This document shows, in pieces, positions 28,701 to 40,342 of a stretch of DNA of 64,000 nucleotides. The translations under genes were made by a program, and so were the position numbers. The notes below the pieces were generated by a model. It was not told the DNA's origin, searched no databases, and saw only the letters and a list, made by a program, of their open reading frames with translations. The first letter of the stretch is position 1. Each line of letters starts with the position of its first letter. The DNA lies in NCBI GenBank assembly GCA_043228905.1, contig JBHGNT010000015.1, positions 3,286,001 through 3,350,000 on the forward strand, given 5' to 3'. The DNA is from Azolla caroliniana. Taxonomy: Eukaryota; Plantae; Polypodiophyta.

Positions 28701-31177
28701 AAAAAGAAAAGAAAAGAAAAGAAAAACAAATCTATGAGATGTCCCACATAGATAGGACAAACAAGGATCCTACAATATATAAAGCAAAGCCAAAAGCTAC
28801 TATTTTGTGTTTATGTGTGGAGCATAGAGAGTTTAAGGTGACTTGAAATAAGTTAATCAATTGAATGGGTGTGGCCTACCTACTTGCAAATGTTTTGGCC
28901 AACCAAAACTAGACCGGCGGCAGCCGGTGACGGAACCGACTAGGGATGCCGGCGATCGGTTGGTGACGAACCAAACGGGTGCAAATCGGATGGATCGGTT
29001 GATCGCGGTGCATGGTGTCTTAAAGATATTTGGTGTAATTACAAGACCAAAAGCCTAATAGTATTTTGTGCTTTAAAAAGGGATGTATGCAAGACTTAAA
29101 CATTACACCTCCAAGTTGAGAGTTTATAGGCTTACCATTAAGCCAAATCATTTCTTTAAGGATATATTTTTTATCACTATACTTTTATGTGTAATTCTGA
29201 TACATGAGATCTTAGATGATGACATGGCAAGCATGCATTCCAAGCATGTCTTGCACCCTCACATGCACCATGTGCATGGGGCATCTATAAAAGAGTGGAG
29301 GAATCAAGCAAGGGGGGCTATGTATGATTCAAGAATTTAAGAAGAAGAAAATTCGTTATCCAATTGATGGTGTATCTTGTTTCTTAAGTCTAAAGTCAAG
29401 GGTTCAATCTTAATCTCTCTCTATCTCTCTCTCTCGCCATATCAATCTCTCTCTTTCAATCTATCTTAAATACTTTCTCGCTAAACTAGTGCAAACTTCA
29501 AATCCTTTCGGTCCAGGACCCTGGTGGTTCCGCCTCACAATCTGCACATAGTGACGGATCTTTATGACAACGTATATAAATAGTGTAGATGAACTTAAAA
29601 TAAGGGCAAGAAAGAGAGTTATTTGTGGGTGGGTATTTAATGACAATTATGAGAAAATCATTAGAACGTGAAAAGACAATTTGTGTAATTAGAATAATAA
29701 TCATTTAGGTGAACATTAAGCACGCCTTAAGGTATGAAACCTTAAGGTAGTCGACATGCACCTCCTCAAGACCATCATATCCCATAGAATCGGCCAAGTG
29801 ATAGCTCAATAGAGAGTAGAGTGGTATAGGTAGGCGACATACACCTCGTTAAGACCACAACATCCCATAGAATCGGCCAAGTGATGGTTCAATAAAGAGA
29901 AGGGTGCCATACTCAACATCATATGCAAAAGGGTCATGAGGTGAGCGTGTGCGATTAGGGCAAACACCCTCGATCCAATGCACAAGAATAACTATTACTG
30001 CAAGAGATGGCTCAAGAGAAGGGAGAGTGGGAGATACATCGCAATATGCAAAAGGACCATGAGTTGAGCGTGTGCGATTAGTGCAAACACGCTCGACTTG
30101 ATGCATAAGTAGATTAACATTGTATCATGGTAGAAAGAAGAAAGAAAAAAATAGAAAACGTAATACCACTTCCATATGACCAAGTAGAAAGCATCATAGA
30201 AAAGAAAAGAGAGATCGAGAAAGAAAAATATCGGGTTAAGAATGTTGTTTTGATCCTGTGAAGAGCATGACGAGCCTTGTTAGATCCCCATCACTCACAC
30301 GCAAAAAACATCAAAACAAAAAAAGAAAAGTGTTAGTACATGCTCTGATACCACTGTTAATAGTCTATTACTAATCAATAGACCAAACTAAAGTAAAAGA
30401 AGGAAAATAGAATGGATAGAAGAACCCCGAAGTTCCACCCAACCACCCCCGACCTATGATCTAGACATAACCAACCTACCACCGACGTCCCATACCGCTA
30501 GATATTAGGATGACTAATACCTTGGAAGAGATAAACACGATCGTCGAGACGAAAGCCTAGCCCGCACCACCGATGTCTAAGATAGCAGCCTTCCGATGTA
30601 ATGTGCTTATGAGGGTAGCTAAGCCTCATATTCATACCTTTTCCTAGGCCCCTTGAATAGATGTGTCTTTCTAAAAGGGTCTCCATTCAAGGCTTAGAGA
30701 ACAATTCCCCTCCAATATGCTCCAAACGTAGAATGGTTACAAGGCTTAGAGAAAAACAACAAGAAAACATAAAATGAGAAATGCATTGTCTATGTCGATG
30801 GACTGGTCACTGTCAGTGTCGAGAGTCCTATTAACTAAGTAGTCACTCTGAAGTCTATGTGTAGACAATAGACTCGTGACTCGTGACTAGTTAGAAGTTA
30901 AAACATAGACTTGAGTCACCACTACTAAAACTTGAGTTAGAACTTAAACTCGTGACTAGTTAGAAGTTAGAACTTAGACTTTAGTAATAAACTATAGTAA
31001 TTACTAATTAAATCACTTAAACGGCTTGAGCCGGTTTGGCGAGGCTCAAGCCGAGCCGAGCTCAAACCGTTAAGGCAGGCTCAAGCCTAAACCAAGCCGA
31101 GCTGCTAAGCCGCTAAGCCTCTTTAAGCTGGTTAAGCCAAACGGTTTAGGCTTGAACCGAGCCGTTGCTAGTCCCTA
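22739..31177. mobile_element. Non-autonomous hAT-type DNA transposon interrupted by Gypsy A
   Basis: Imperfect TIRs TAGGGATTGACAACGGTTCGGTT / AACCGAGCCGTTGCTAGTCCCTA, perfect 8-bp TSD GTCCCACT (22731-22738 / 31178-31185), and subterminal AAGCC/GGCTT/AACCG repeats. Confidence 0.88.
22791..30689 (-). mobile_element. Gypsy A: decayed chromovirus LTR retrotransposon (gag-PR-RT-RH-INT-chromodomain)
   Basis: 3' LTR 22791-23264, PPT ~23266-23275, truncated 5' LTR 30355-30689, tRNA-iMet PBS TGGTATCAGAGC at 30342-30353. Gag with CAYCKKWGHTKDTC (26709-27569), LFDSGSSHNF protease (~26590-26620), RT VVVFLDDILI, integrase HPQSDGQTERVNQ, chromodomain IKWMDKPIDDATWE. Many frameshifts and stops. Confidence 0.93.
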
Positions 31178-31641
31178 GTCCCACTATTTATGTGAACCTA
31201 GATTTTGTATGTATATAATTTATTGTACAAAGAAGTGAAGTACTAGGTAGTGTTGGTATTAGTATTGACAACATCATACAAAATAACAAGAAGTATCCTC
31301 ATCAATTTCTTAATGTTTTATTTCCTTACAAAAACTTGTCAGCACCGGCTTTTCTTTCTACCGATGAGAACAAGCCATGTCAAGTCAGCACATGTCCAAA
31401 CTCACCAATAACACTTCAAAGTGAAATAAATTCTTTTGAACTACTTGTATTCGGCACACAATACAAATGCATATCCTTAGTGCTTCTCTCGTTCGGAAAA
31501 GCGCACTAGGATGTTTCGTTTTCACTAGCGTCTGACATATTTTCATGACCGGTGGGGACAAATGAGAACCCGACGCATCACCATGGGTTGTGAGGCGCCA
31601 ACGTTTCCAGAACTCAAGTGACGAGAAGTTCCCGCGCTTGA

Positions 31642-31683
<42 letters not shown>

Positions 31684-31687
31684 TTCT

Positions 31688-31890
31688 ATATTTTTTTATT
31701 GTAATTAGGTGGTAAATCGTTTACACTACTCTCACTACATCATGGGTTCAAAGCAAATTTCATCACCTCTCTATTACTCCATATATATCACTCAAATTTA
31801 GATGCCACTGTGGAATGTAGGGCGTTGAACCCATGACCATCTGGTCTCCATTGGGCAACCTTACCAATTGAACTACATCCATCTGGACCC
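31688..31890 (-). mobile_element. tRNA-derived SINE
   Basis: On the - strand: box A TAGTTCAATTGG, box B GGTTCAACGCC and an A-rich tail, with approximate TSD CACACAA(T/A)TTCT. A second copy is at 40394. Confidence 0.8.
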
Positions 31891-31924
31891 ACACAAATTC
31901 TCTCTCTCTCTCTCTCTCTCTCTC

Positions 31925-32002
31925 TTGAATAAAATGGTAGAGATTGACATGCCATTAGAGTACCGAGTTGCTATTGCACGCCTATATGAACAAGTTAAAT
32001 GC
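31925..32002 (+). mobile_element. Short RT fragment of the RTE/RTEX-like LINE family, cut by the Gypsy B LTR
   Basis: Matches 55807-55882 (NRMVEIDMPLEY..IARLYEQVKC). Confidence 0.8.
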
Positions 32003-32094
32003 TGTCAGGAATAGTACTGAGACAGAGAAGAAATTAGTACTAAGAGAGGAATATTAGTACTAAGAGGAATAGAGGGTGTAGAACACGAGAGAGA

Positions 32095-35000
32095 AGGAAT
32101 TAGATTTTAGAATTAGATTTTTTTTTTATCGTCCATAAAGAGGCTAATTTTGACCTATGGGACCAGAGTATACATGTGTTCTTGATATATGTCTCCTTCG
32201 TAAGAAGGGGTATTCATATGTTGAAGCACAAAGTCTCTATGTGTTAATAAAGCATACACATATGAGCTCAACCTTCTAGGTGGTGTCTTTTTTTTTTTTT
32301 TCCCATAATGAAGCTACTTTCCCATTAGTTAGGAAGGATTATTACATATAGAGTCTACAAGGAGACTTATACACACATCGAGGAGTCTACCTCCGATCAA
32401 GTAAAAGAAGATCAACCTACTTACAATGCTTTGCGGCCTAACTTAATGTAAGAAGCTACCTATATCTAAGGCGATGGCCTTCAATGTTGCCTAGTACGAG
32501 TCGGCTCTTGGGGCCTACAACGAAGAGAGGGTGGCAGGTGAGTAGGAAACAACCAGCGTGGGGGCTGGTAATTCCACCTCGGGCCACTCTCGCCTTGCAT
32601 CACCATAGGTGTGTTCCTCCATTTCTGCCAAAAGCGCAACCGGGCAGAGATCACGTCGTTGGAGTGGCTGCAAATCTCTTCCAGTTGCCCTCGTAGGCAG
32701 CTGATAATCGTGAACCATATGTCCATGATCACTTCCTCCGGGGGCTGTACCGTACCTTGGAAAACCTTGAGGCAACGTGCTTTCCATATGTACCACAAGG
32801 TGAAACCTGCAATCAACATCCAGATTTTTGGAAACCTAGGGGATGCGGGCTGCAAGCCTCTTTCGAAACAGATCTTGACGATTTTGCCTCTCGTGCATAC
32901 ATAGCACCAACTATCCGCATTGACGGTGTTCGTTCACCCTTCGACCGAGTGACCAATCCATGCCGCAACGCTCCACGAGGCTGTTCCTTCAACTTCACAT
33001 GCCGCAAGGAGGCAAGTCACTCTATCCCAGATCTTTTGAGCTTGAGGGCAATCCCATAGACAATGCCTCAGAGGCTTAATAGGTCGAGAGCATAGTGGGC
33101 AGCCTAACGGGCCGCCGCGTTTACCTAGCCATTCACCAACGGGCACCACATTGTGACCGATCTGCCACCAAAAGAGCTTGATCTTTTCAGGCATGTGGAG
33201 GCGCCAGAGACCTTTCCAAAAGGTAATGAGCGCCTCATCAGGGATGCCCAATGTTCGTCAGCCATTGCGAAGGGGGCTGCCCAGCTGTAGCTGCAAAGTC
33301 CGACCCAATTTAGTGGTGTAATCGAAGAAGTGATGGAGTCTATCATCATGTTTCCATCTGAAATCCCCTGGGTCCCAATCCAGATCGACAAGGGGGCGAC
33401 AACCATATACCCTTAACCTCCAATGGGGTTCCACCTTAGCAACATCTGGGTTTGTCTTCCAGATGTTGTCAACCTGTGCCACCACTCGGATTGGGTGCCA
33501 AGAGCCCCTGCTCTGACTGTCCCCAAAAATTGTATCTCTCCCCGATCCGCTCACACCCTTTAGCGACTTGACCATTCCAACCTCGTCAAAGAGATCGAAC
33601 CATGCAGGTTCTCTCGCCTCCCCCATCGGAACCCTGTCAACTGCCTCAACTATCAGTCTCCGCATTTTCGTAGCTCCCTTGAGGGGAGGGAAAAGGTCCT
33701 CTTGGGCTCTTCCTGAAACAACCATACGTCTCCAATCGTTTATAGATAGGAGGCCTGTTTGTGCCAGCTTTCCCCATGCTAGGCCCTTAAGTTGCCCTAG
33801 CATCGTGTCGTCACTTGTTCGCACGTGAGGATTCCAGAATAGTGGCTGTCTAGTCCATTCGGTCAATGTCTCCGGGGTGTGTTTGACCAAATGTTGTCGT
33901 AGATGGCACCATGCCCGCAAGATGGAGTTCGCGACCCTGTCCTCCGGATGGCAAGCAAGCTTGGGTGGGACTCCGCTCGTGCAGCACCAATTCAAGGCCT
34001 TCTAGGTGGTGTCTTAAGTATGGATCTTAAGTTATCACTCCCTCTTAGTATGTCAACATATCTTGAACGAATTGCACTATATGTCGAGCATGTGAAGAGC
34101 AAGTGATATTCATCCTCTACCATGCCTTCATTGCATACTTTAAATGTCTTCAAATTCATTACATTTTGATACCATGATGCAACTTCAATACCTAACTTGT
34201 GAGATCGAGTGCGAGGTAATGTAAGGGCTCTACGAGCATTGCTACTCATATTGGTAATGAGATAAGGTTGGATACGATCAATAGACATTCTTGCTTTATA
34301 TTGAGATCAACATTCAAGGTTGACATTTGCAATGTAGTATTCTAGCTTTGTCCTCTTAGCATCCTCCCACTTCATCCTTAATGACTCCACCAGCCTTTCC
34401 TCAATCATTACATATTGCATAACATTGCCCCAAAGCTCTATAAGATCATCGACACACCATTTTCTAAACCATTTCTTTAAGTCAACAACCCAACCAAATG
34501 AGAGAATCTTACTTTTATGATTCTTTTGTAGCTTACATCCAACATTCCAAGAAAGATGTGGTAATCGATGATTCGGCATATTCTTGACTTTTGTAATGTA
34601 TTCATATACTCTTTGGAGTGCCAATAGTTCTATGGGTCGAACACCCATTTCCAAGAGCATAACCCAGCAAGAGGTAGGGCATTTAACTCCTAATTGCCTC
34701 CTTAAAAACATCTTTTGAATTTTCTCAATCTCGTTCCATGCATTAAGAGAGATGGTGCTACCCCATACTTCTACTCCATAAAGCAATACTTGAGTTACCA
34801 TGGCATTGAACAACATTAATTTTACTTCCCATCCACAAGTATCATTTTGGTTGCATTGGTTCTCCAAAAGGTAATATGATTTCCAACCGGCTTGGAGTCT
34901 AGAATCGAAGCATGCACTCCATTTTTTTGTGGCGGGTACATCAATACCAAGATATTTAAAGCTTTGAACAAATTGTATATGTTCACCTTTATATGTGAAC

Positions 35001-35230
35001 ATAGGGTAATGATGAGGTTGGATGGTTTGCACTACTATCATTTTTGTTTTCTCCACATTCACGACTAGTCCACTACTATGGCAAAATTCTTCTAATACCC
35101 CAAGTAAATGTTGCATACTATCAACATCATATGAGAAGAGTACCACATCATCTACATATAGAAGCAATAAGATAACATGTTGCATCAAATTGGGGCCATT
35201 CAATCCTTCTTCTCTTGCAACCTTATTCAC
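32095..35230 (-). mobile_element. 5'-truncated RTE/RTEX-like LINE inserted in the (GA)n tract of the Gypsy B 3' LTR
   Basis: ORF 34307-35233 (LLLYVDDVVL..GLVVNVEKTK..FKYLG) and C-terminal SHKLGIE..VEDEYHLLFTC. (TCTAAT)-type tail and TSD CACGAGAGAGA (32084-32094 / 35231-35241). Confidence 0.9.
32290..33997 (-). mobile_element. 5'-truncated L1-type LINE inserted in the RTE-like LINE
   Basis: Poly(A) tail (T run 32288-32301), 18-bp TSD CCTTCTAGGTGGTGTCTT (32272-32289 / 33998-34015) at a TCTT/AA cleavage site, zf-RVT KIKLFWW..CPLC..HCLWDC and LWYIWKARC. Confidence 0.9.
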
Positions 35231-35264
<34 letters not shown>

Positions 35265-35380
35265 TGATGATGACAACGATATATTATGTGAGCCCTATGT
35301 GAGAAGAATATACAAGGAAGGCTAAGAGGCTTAAGACTGGCATTGAACCGATTTGGTTCGAAATAATGGCTTGTGCCTCC

Positions 35381-35426
35381 TTTTATAGTGTTCTCAGGAG
35401 TAGTCCTGAAGCTTCTAGAATGTTCC
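35381..35426 (-). promoter_or_regulatory. Gypsy B LTR promoter: TATA box plus perfect heat-shock element
   Basis: TATAAAA on the - strand at 35387-35381; tGAAg cTTCt aGAAt gTTCc at 35407-35426 (four alternating nGAAn units). Confidence 0.75.
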
Positions 35427-35492
35427 AGAGAAATCTGGAATATAAATTAATTTTCTATAGTAAAACTTAAATAAATTTTTTTTTATGTATTA

Positions 35493-35567
35493 CAATAGAT
35501 AGTGTAATGGTTAAGAGCTCGACCCATGTAACATAAGGTCATGGGTTCGAGTCTTGCCATATCAACA
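35493..35567 (+). other. tRNA-like Pol III box A/box B cassette at the tip of the Gypsy B LTR
   Basis: Box A TAGTGTAATGG (35500-35510) and box B GGTTCGAGTC (35544-35553) with tRNA-like spacing; no convincing full cloverleaf. Confidence 0.65.
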
Positions 35568-38500
35568 TGACACTATCTCCCCTTTAAAACGACGAGTGTC
35601 ATTCGATTGAGGACCTGGTTTATCTGGATATTGACAATGGAAGTCTTCAAGAAGAGCACGAGCATTGGTCACATTCTCTATTGGTTCCCAAGTACGCTCG
35701 TTGGGACTATATCCTAGCCAATCGACTAAATATTAGAGCTTGTTGCAAACAATCTTGGAATTGAGGATAGCGACAACCTCGTACTCAAGTCCATCTTTAA
35801 GTTTGATCGGGGGTGGAGGTTGTGTAATACGTCCTGGGATGGTGCTCTCTTGATAGGGTTCGAGGAGAGAACTATGAAACACTGGATGTATGCGAAGTTG
35901 CGGGGGTAGATCGAGACGAAAAGCGACATCATTAATCTTTCCGTATAAGCATAAAATGGCGTAACTTTAGTCGATTAGTGGACAGTGTTATTATAGGCAA
36001 ATTCGGCAAAGTGGAGAATATCCACTCAGTCATCCTGTTGATATCTTAGAAAGCACCAAAGATACTGCTCCAACGTTTGATTTGTTGGTTCTGCTTGGCC
36101 GTCGGTTTGCAGGTGGTAGTTGGAGGAGAGGTTACAAGTGACCTTGAGCATTTTAAAAAGGTGCTTCTAGAATTTCGTGACGAACTGGGGTCCACAATCA
36201 TTGATGATATTATAAGGAAGGTCATGATGCTGACATACTTCACGCATGACAATTTCAGTGGTTTCTTTATTGGAGATTTCCTCAGTACATGGCAGGAAAT
36301 GAGCCATCTTCGTATATCGATCTACTATTGTTAAAATCGCATTGAATCCCTTAGAGACTGGAAGATCTGTGATGAAATCTAGAGCAATGGATTGCCACGA
36401 CTTGCTTGGAATTGGTAATGGTTCTAATAAACCATATGGATGATGCCTTGGCATTTTTGCTCTACAACATGTATCACAAGTTCGAACAAAATCTTCGACA
36501 AATTGTTGCATACAAGGCCACCAGAATGATCGTTGTACTAAATCTAATTTCTTTGTACTACCAAAATGCCCAGTTGTATATGTGTCATGACCGTTTTGGA
36601 CTACTCAAAGGCGGCAAGACCCATTAGGAACATATAGGAGTTTCTTAAAGAATAGTAACCCATCATGACATTCGAATTGTCGATAGTCCTACTTGGTTGT
36701 TGCAACTGTGAACAAGATGCTCGAGAGGGATCAATTTGTGCTAGAATGGCTTGGGTGAAAACATTTGTCTTCAAGTCCTCATGTATGGTATCAATAACGT
36801 GGGAATCCAAGGGCATGCTGAAGACCTGCGTTGCTTGTAGTCGTGCCGGTCCCAAGATTACTTGCTTTTGGTTATCGAAAGCTAGCTCGCCGAGATGCGG
36901 TGCTAGATACGAACGTTGTGATAATGCATCTGCCTTCCCTTGGTGCTTCCCCGGACGATATGTAATTTTGAAGTCGAAATGCATGAGGAATTGGGCCCAC
37001 TAAGCTTGACATCGATTTAACACACGAGCACTCTGAAAGTAGGCAAGGTTTTTGTGATCACTGAATACGGTGACTTGATGAGAGGATCCCTCTAGAAAAT
37101 GCCACCATTGCGTAAAAGAGTCCACTATTGCTAATAGCTCCTTATCATGAATTTCTTAGTTGATTTCGGCGGCATCAAACTTGCGTGAGTGGAAAGCCAC
37201 AAGATGTAGCTTTTCATCATTACCTTGTTGGGACAACATGCTACCCAATGCGAAATCCAACATGTCCGCTTCCATGATGAATGGTTTTTCCGGATCAACG
37301 TGAACTAGAATAGGAGCCGATGTAAATGGCTTCTTAAGATTCTCAAAAGCCATGTCCGCTTCTTCAAACCAAACGAATGATTGTCCCTTCTTAGTAAGTT
37401 CCGTGAGAGGCAGAACAAGCTTTGAGTAATCCTATATAAACTTGCGGTAGAAATTGGCAAAGCCTAAAAAACATTGCACATCTCGCAAGGAACACATAGT
37501 TTGCCACTCTACCACCGTTTTGACCTTAGCTGGATCCATGGAGATGCCTTTTGAGGAGATGACATAGCTTAGAAATTCCACCTGGTTGCACCCGAAACTA
37601 CATTTTTCTAGCTTTGCATAAAGACCATGTTCTCGAAGTCGTTTTAGTACTAACAATACATGAGAATCATGCTCTTCTTGGGTCTTCGAATAAACCAATA
37701 GATAATCCAAATAGATGATCAAACAAACATCCAAGAGATCTCGGAATATATCATTTGCCATGTGCTGGAAGACTGTTATCGCATTAGTGAGGCCGAACGG
37801 CATGACCGTATACTCGAAGTGCCCATATCTGGTGCGAAACGCGGTCTTCCATTCATCTTCTGGTCGGATCCATACGAGGTTATATGCTCCCCGTAAGTCG
37901 ATATTCGCGAAGAACCTTGCACCATTGATTCGTTCTAAAAGTCTTGAGATAAGGGGAAATGCATACCTATTTCTTATAGTGACCTTATTCAAGCCACGGT
38001 AATCTACAACGAGATGAAGTGATCCATCCTTTTTCTTGACAAAGAAAATGGGTGCGCCGGCTGGAGATTTTGAATGCCGAATGAAACCATTTTCCAAATT
38101 CTCCTCTATATAGGCTCGAAGGACTTTTAGCTCGGTTGGTGACAAATTATAGATCAGTCCCCATGGTGGCTCTTTTCCCGGTTGTAAATCAATGGGGCAA
38201 TCATACGGTCGATGGTGAGGAAGCGTATTGGCTTGTACTTTATCGAAGACATCGGCATAATGATGATACTTCTTTGGAAGTTGAACGGTGGACTCCTCTT
38301 TAGTGGTGTCAGAGGGTTTTACTGATATTGTTAAGAGAAACATTTCTTCCTTGCGTCCTTCTTCCCGCAACTGATGTAGCGAAATGGTTGCAATCTTATG
38401 AGTAGATCCTCGGGCTTGTCAATACCAGATTTCTCTTGTTCTCCAATCTATGTGTGGGTTATGTAATTCGAACCATGGTAATCCTAAAACAATGGGATGT

Positions 38501-38634
38501 TCTAGGATATTAATTATATTAAATGATACTACACACGCTAGATTATCTAGGACAATATTAATGGGCTCTGACTCTTCTATGATATTTCCGGAAGCAATGG
38601 GACGACCATCAATGACTACTATAGAGGTTGGACA

Positions 38635-38739
38635 TGTCGTGTTAGCGAGGAAGGGTAATGCCGCTTGTAAAGCTCTTTCGTCGAGTACACGATTACGACA
38701 AGACTCAAAGAAGAAGCCCCGACTAACTCCGTGCCAACA
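38635..38739. other. 105-bp in-frame insertion in the Gypsy B protease
   Basis: Interrupts RKLLC|PTSIVVIDG with 35 extra codons and has TG...CA ends. Confidence 0.7.
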
Positions 38740-40342
38740 CAGGAGTTTTCTGAGAGATATCTGATGAGCTTGGGCAAAATTCCTATCCATGAAGCAAGAA
38801 TTAGCTCCGGAATCTAGAAGTGCTAAGACATGTACTGGAGGGGTACTTTTAGTACTAACTGTTACTTGGGCTACGAACACATTGCTAACTTGCTTAGAGG
38901 GAATGGAACCACTCATGGGCTGCACAGATCTAGGGTTGTCCAACCAAACGACTCCTATTTTGGTTGGACTTAATCGTTTAACTCTTCTTCTAACTAACTA
39001 AGGACATCAAATTTGTTCGTTAGATTTGGGCTATTAGTACTATTAGGACTATCAAATATTCCTATTGAAATAGACTCGAGTTTAGTACAATTAGAACTAG
39101 CAACTATTTGGTTTACCTATCTTCTTGGCCTATGGGGACAATTTACTGCAATATACCCTGGTCCACCGCAATAAAGACATAGTTGATTTGCTCGACGTCG
39201 ATGCTTTTCTTCGTCCGATAATGGTCCGCGAGGACGTGCAGTGTCAATCTCCATCGGAGTTGGAGTATTCACTGGAGACACATTATATGACTCCCTTGGA
39301 AAAGGTTTTGCTACCACTAAGGCGTAGGTGGGCTCTGATCTTGCCCTCGGCATCTGGAATTTCCATTCCAAACGTTGTTCAAAAAGGCAATTGTCGCATT
39401 TCACCACGCGACTGATTGCTTCTGTTAATGACTTTGGTTCTTTGGGGAAGGTCAAGAGTAAATCCTTGACATCATTGCGTAAACCATAACAAAATTGCTC
39501 CATCAATGCTTGATCATCCCAAGGGATATCAGCGGCGAGTAGGGAAATCTGGAGCGTATGCGGAGGCTAGACAATCACCTTGGCGTAATCGTCGGATTTT
39601 GTTGATTGTTATCCTTATGCTATCAGTATCTCCAAAACAGGCTTTAAACTCACTTATAAATTCTTCAAAATTGTTTAGTAATGGAGATTCATTTTCTAAC
39701 AACGGAGCGAACCATGCCAATGTTGAGCCACTAAGTAGAGTGCCTACTAGTCCCACTCGTGATGCATTAGTGGGATATCGAGAAGGATGCATTTGAATCA
39801 CTAAACGTACCTGATTCAGAAAACCTCTAAACTGTGATCAGGTCTCATCAAATTTTGTAGGAAGACCGATCTTGGGTTCTTTGCGAATCCCTCGAGTGCT
39901 TGATCCTTGTTGTTGTAGTGATACAATAGTCGCTTCAAGTTGTTGTACACGTAACGTCAACTCCCTTTGTTGTTATTTTTCTAGCGCTATTTGTTGAAGA
40001 TCCCCCAACAAGCGGTGATTTTCTTGTTCTAGTGCTACAAATTTCTCTTTTAAGCACTGGAGCTCTGAGAAAATAGATTGGTATTCTTGAGCGCTAATAG
40101 TTTCCATTTTACTAGGGAGGATAAGAGGATTAGTATGAAGAGGAAAAAGGGGTAAGAAGATGAGGGAAACTATAATTTAAGAAGACCGGAAAAAAGGGGA
40201 TATGTAAGAAGATAAAAGGAAGAGTAAAGGAGGAGACAGAAGGAGGAAAATCAGTTCAAACTATTAGGAATAGTACTAAGACAGAGATGAAATTAGTACT
40301 AAGAGAGGAATATTAGTACTAAGAGGAATAGAGGGTGTAGAA

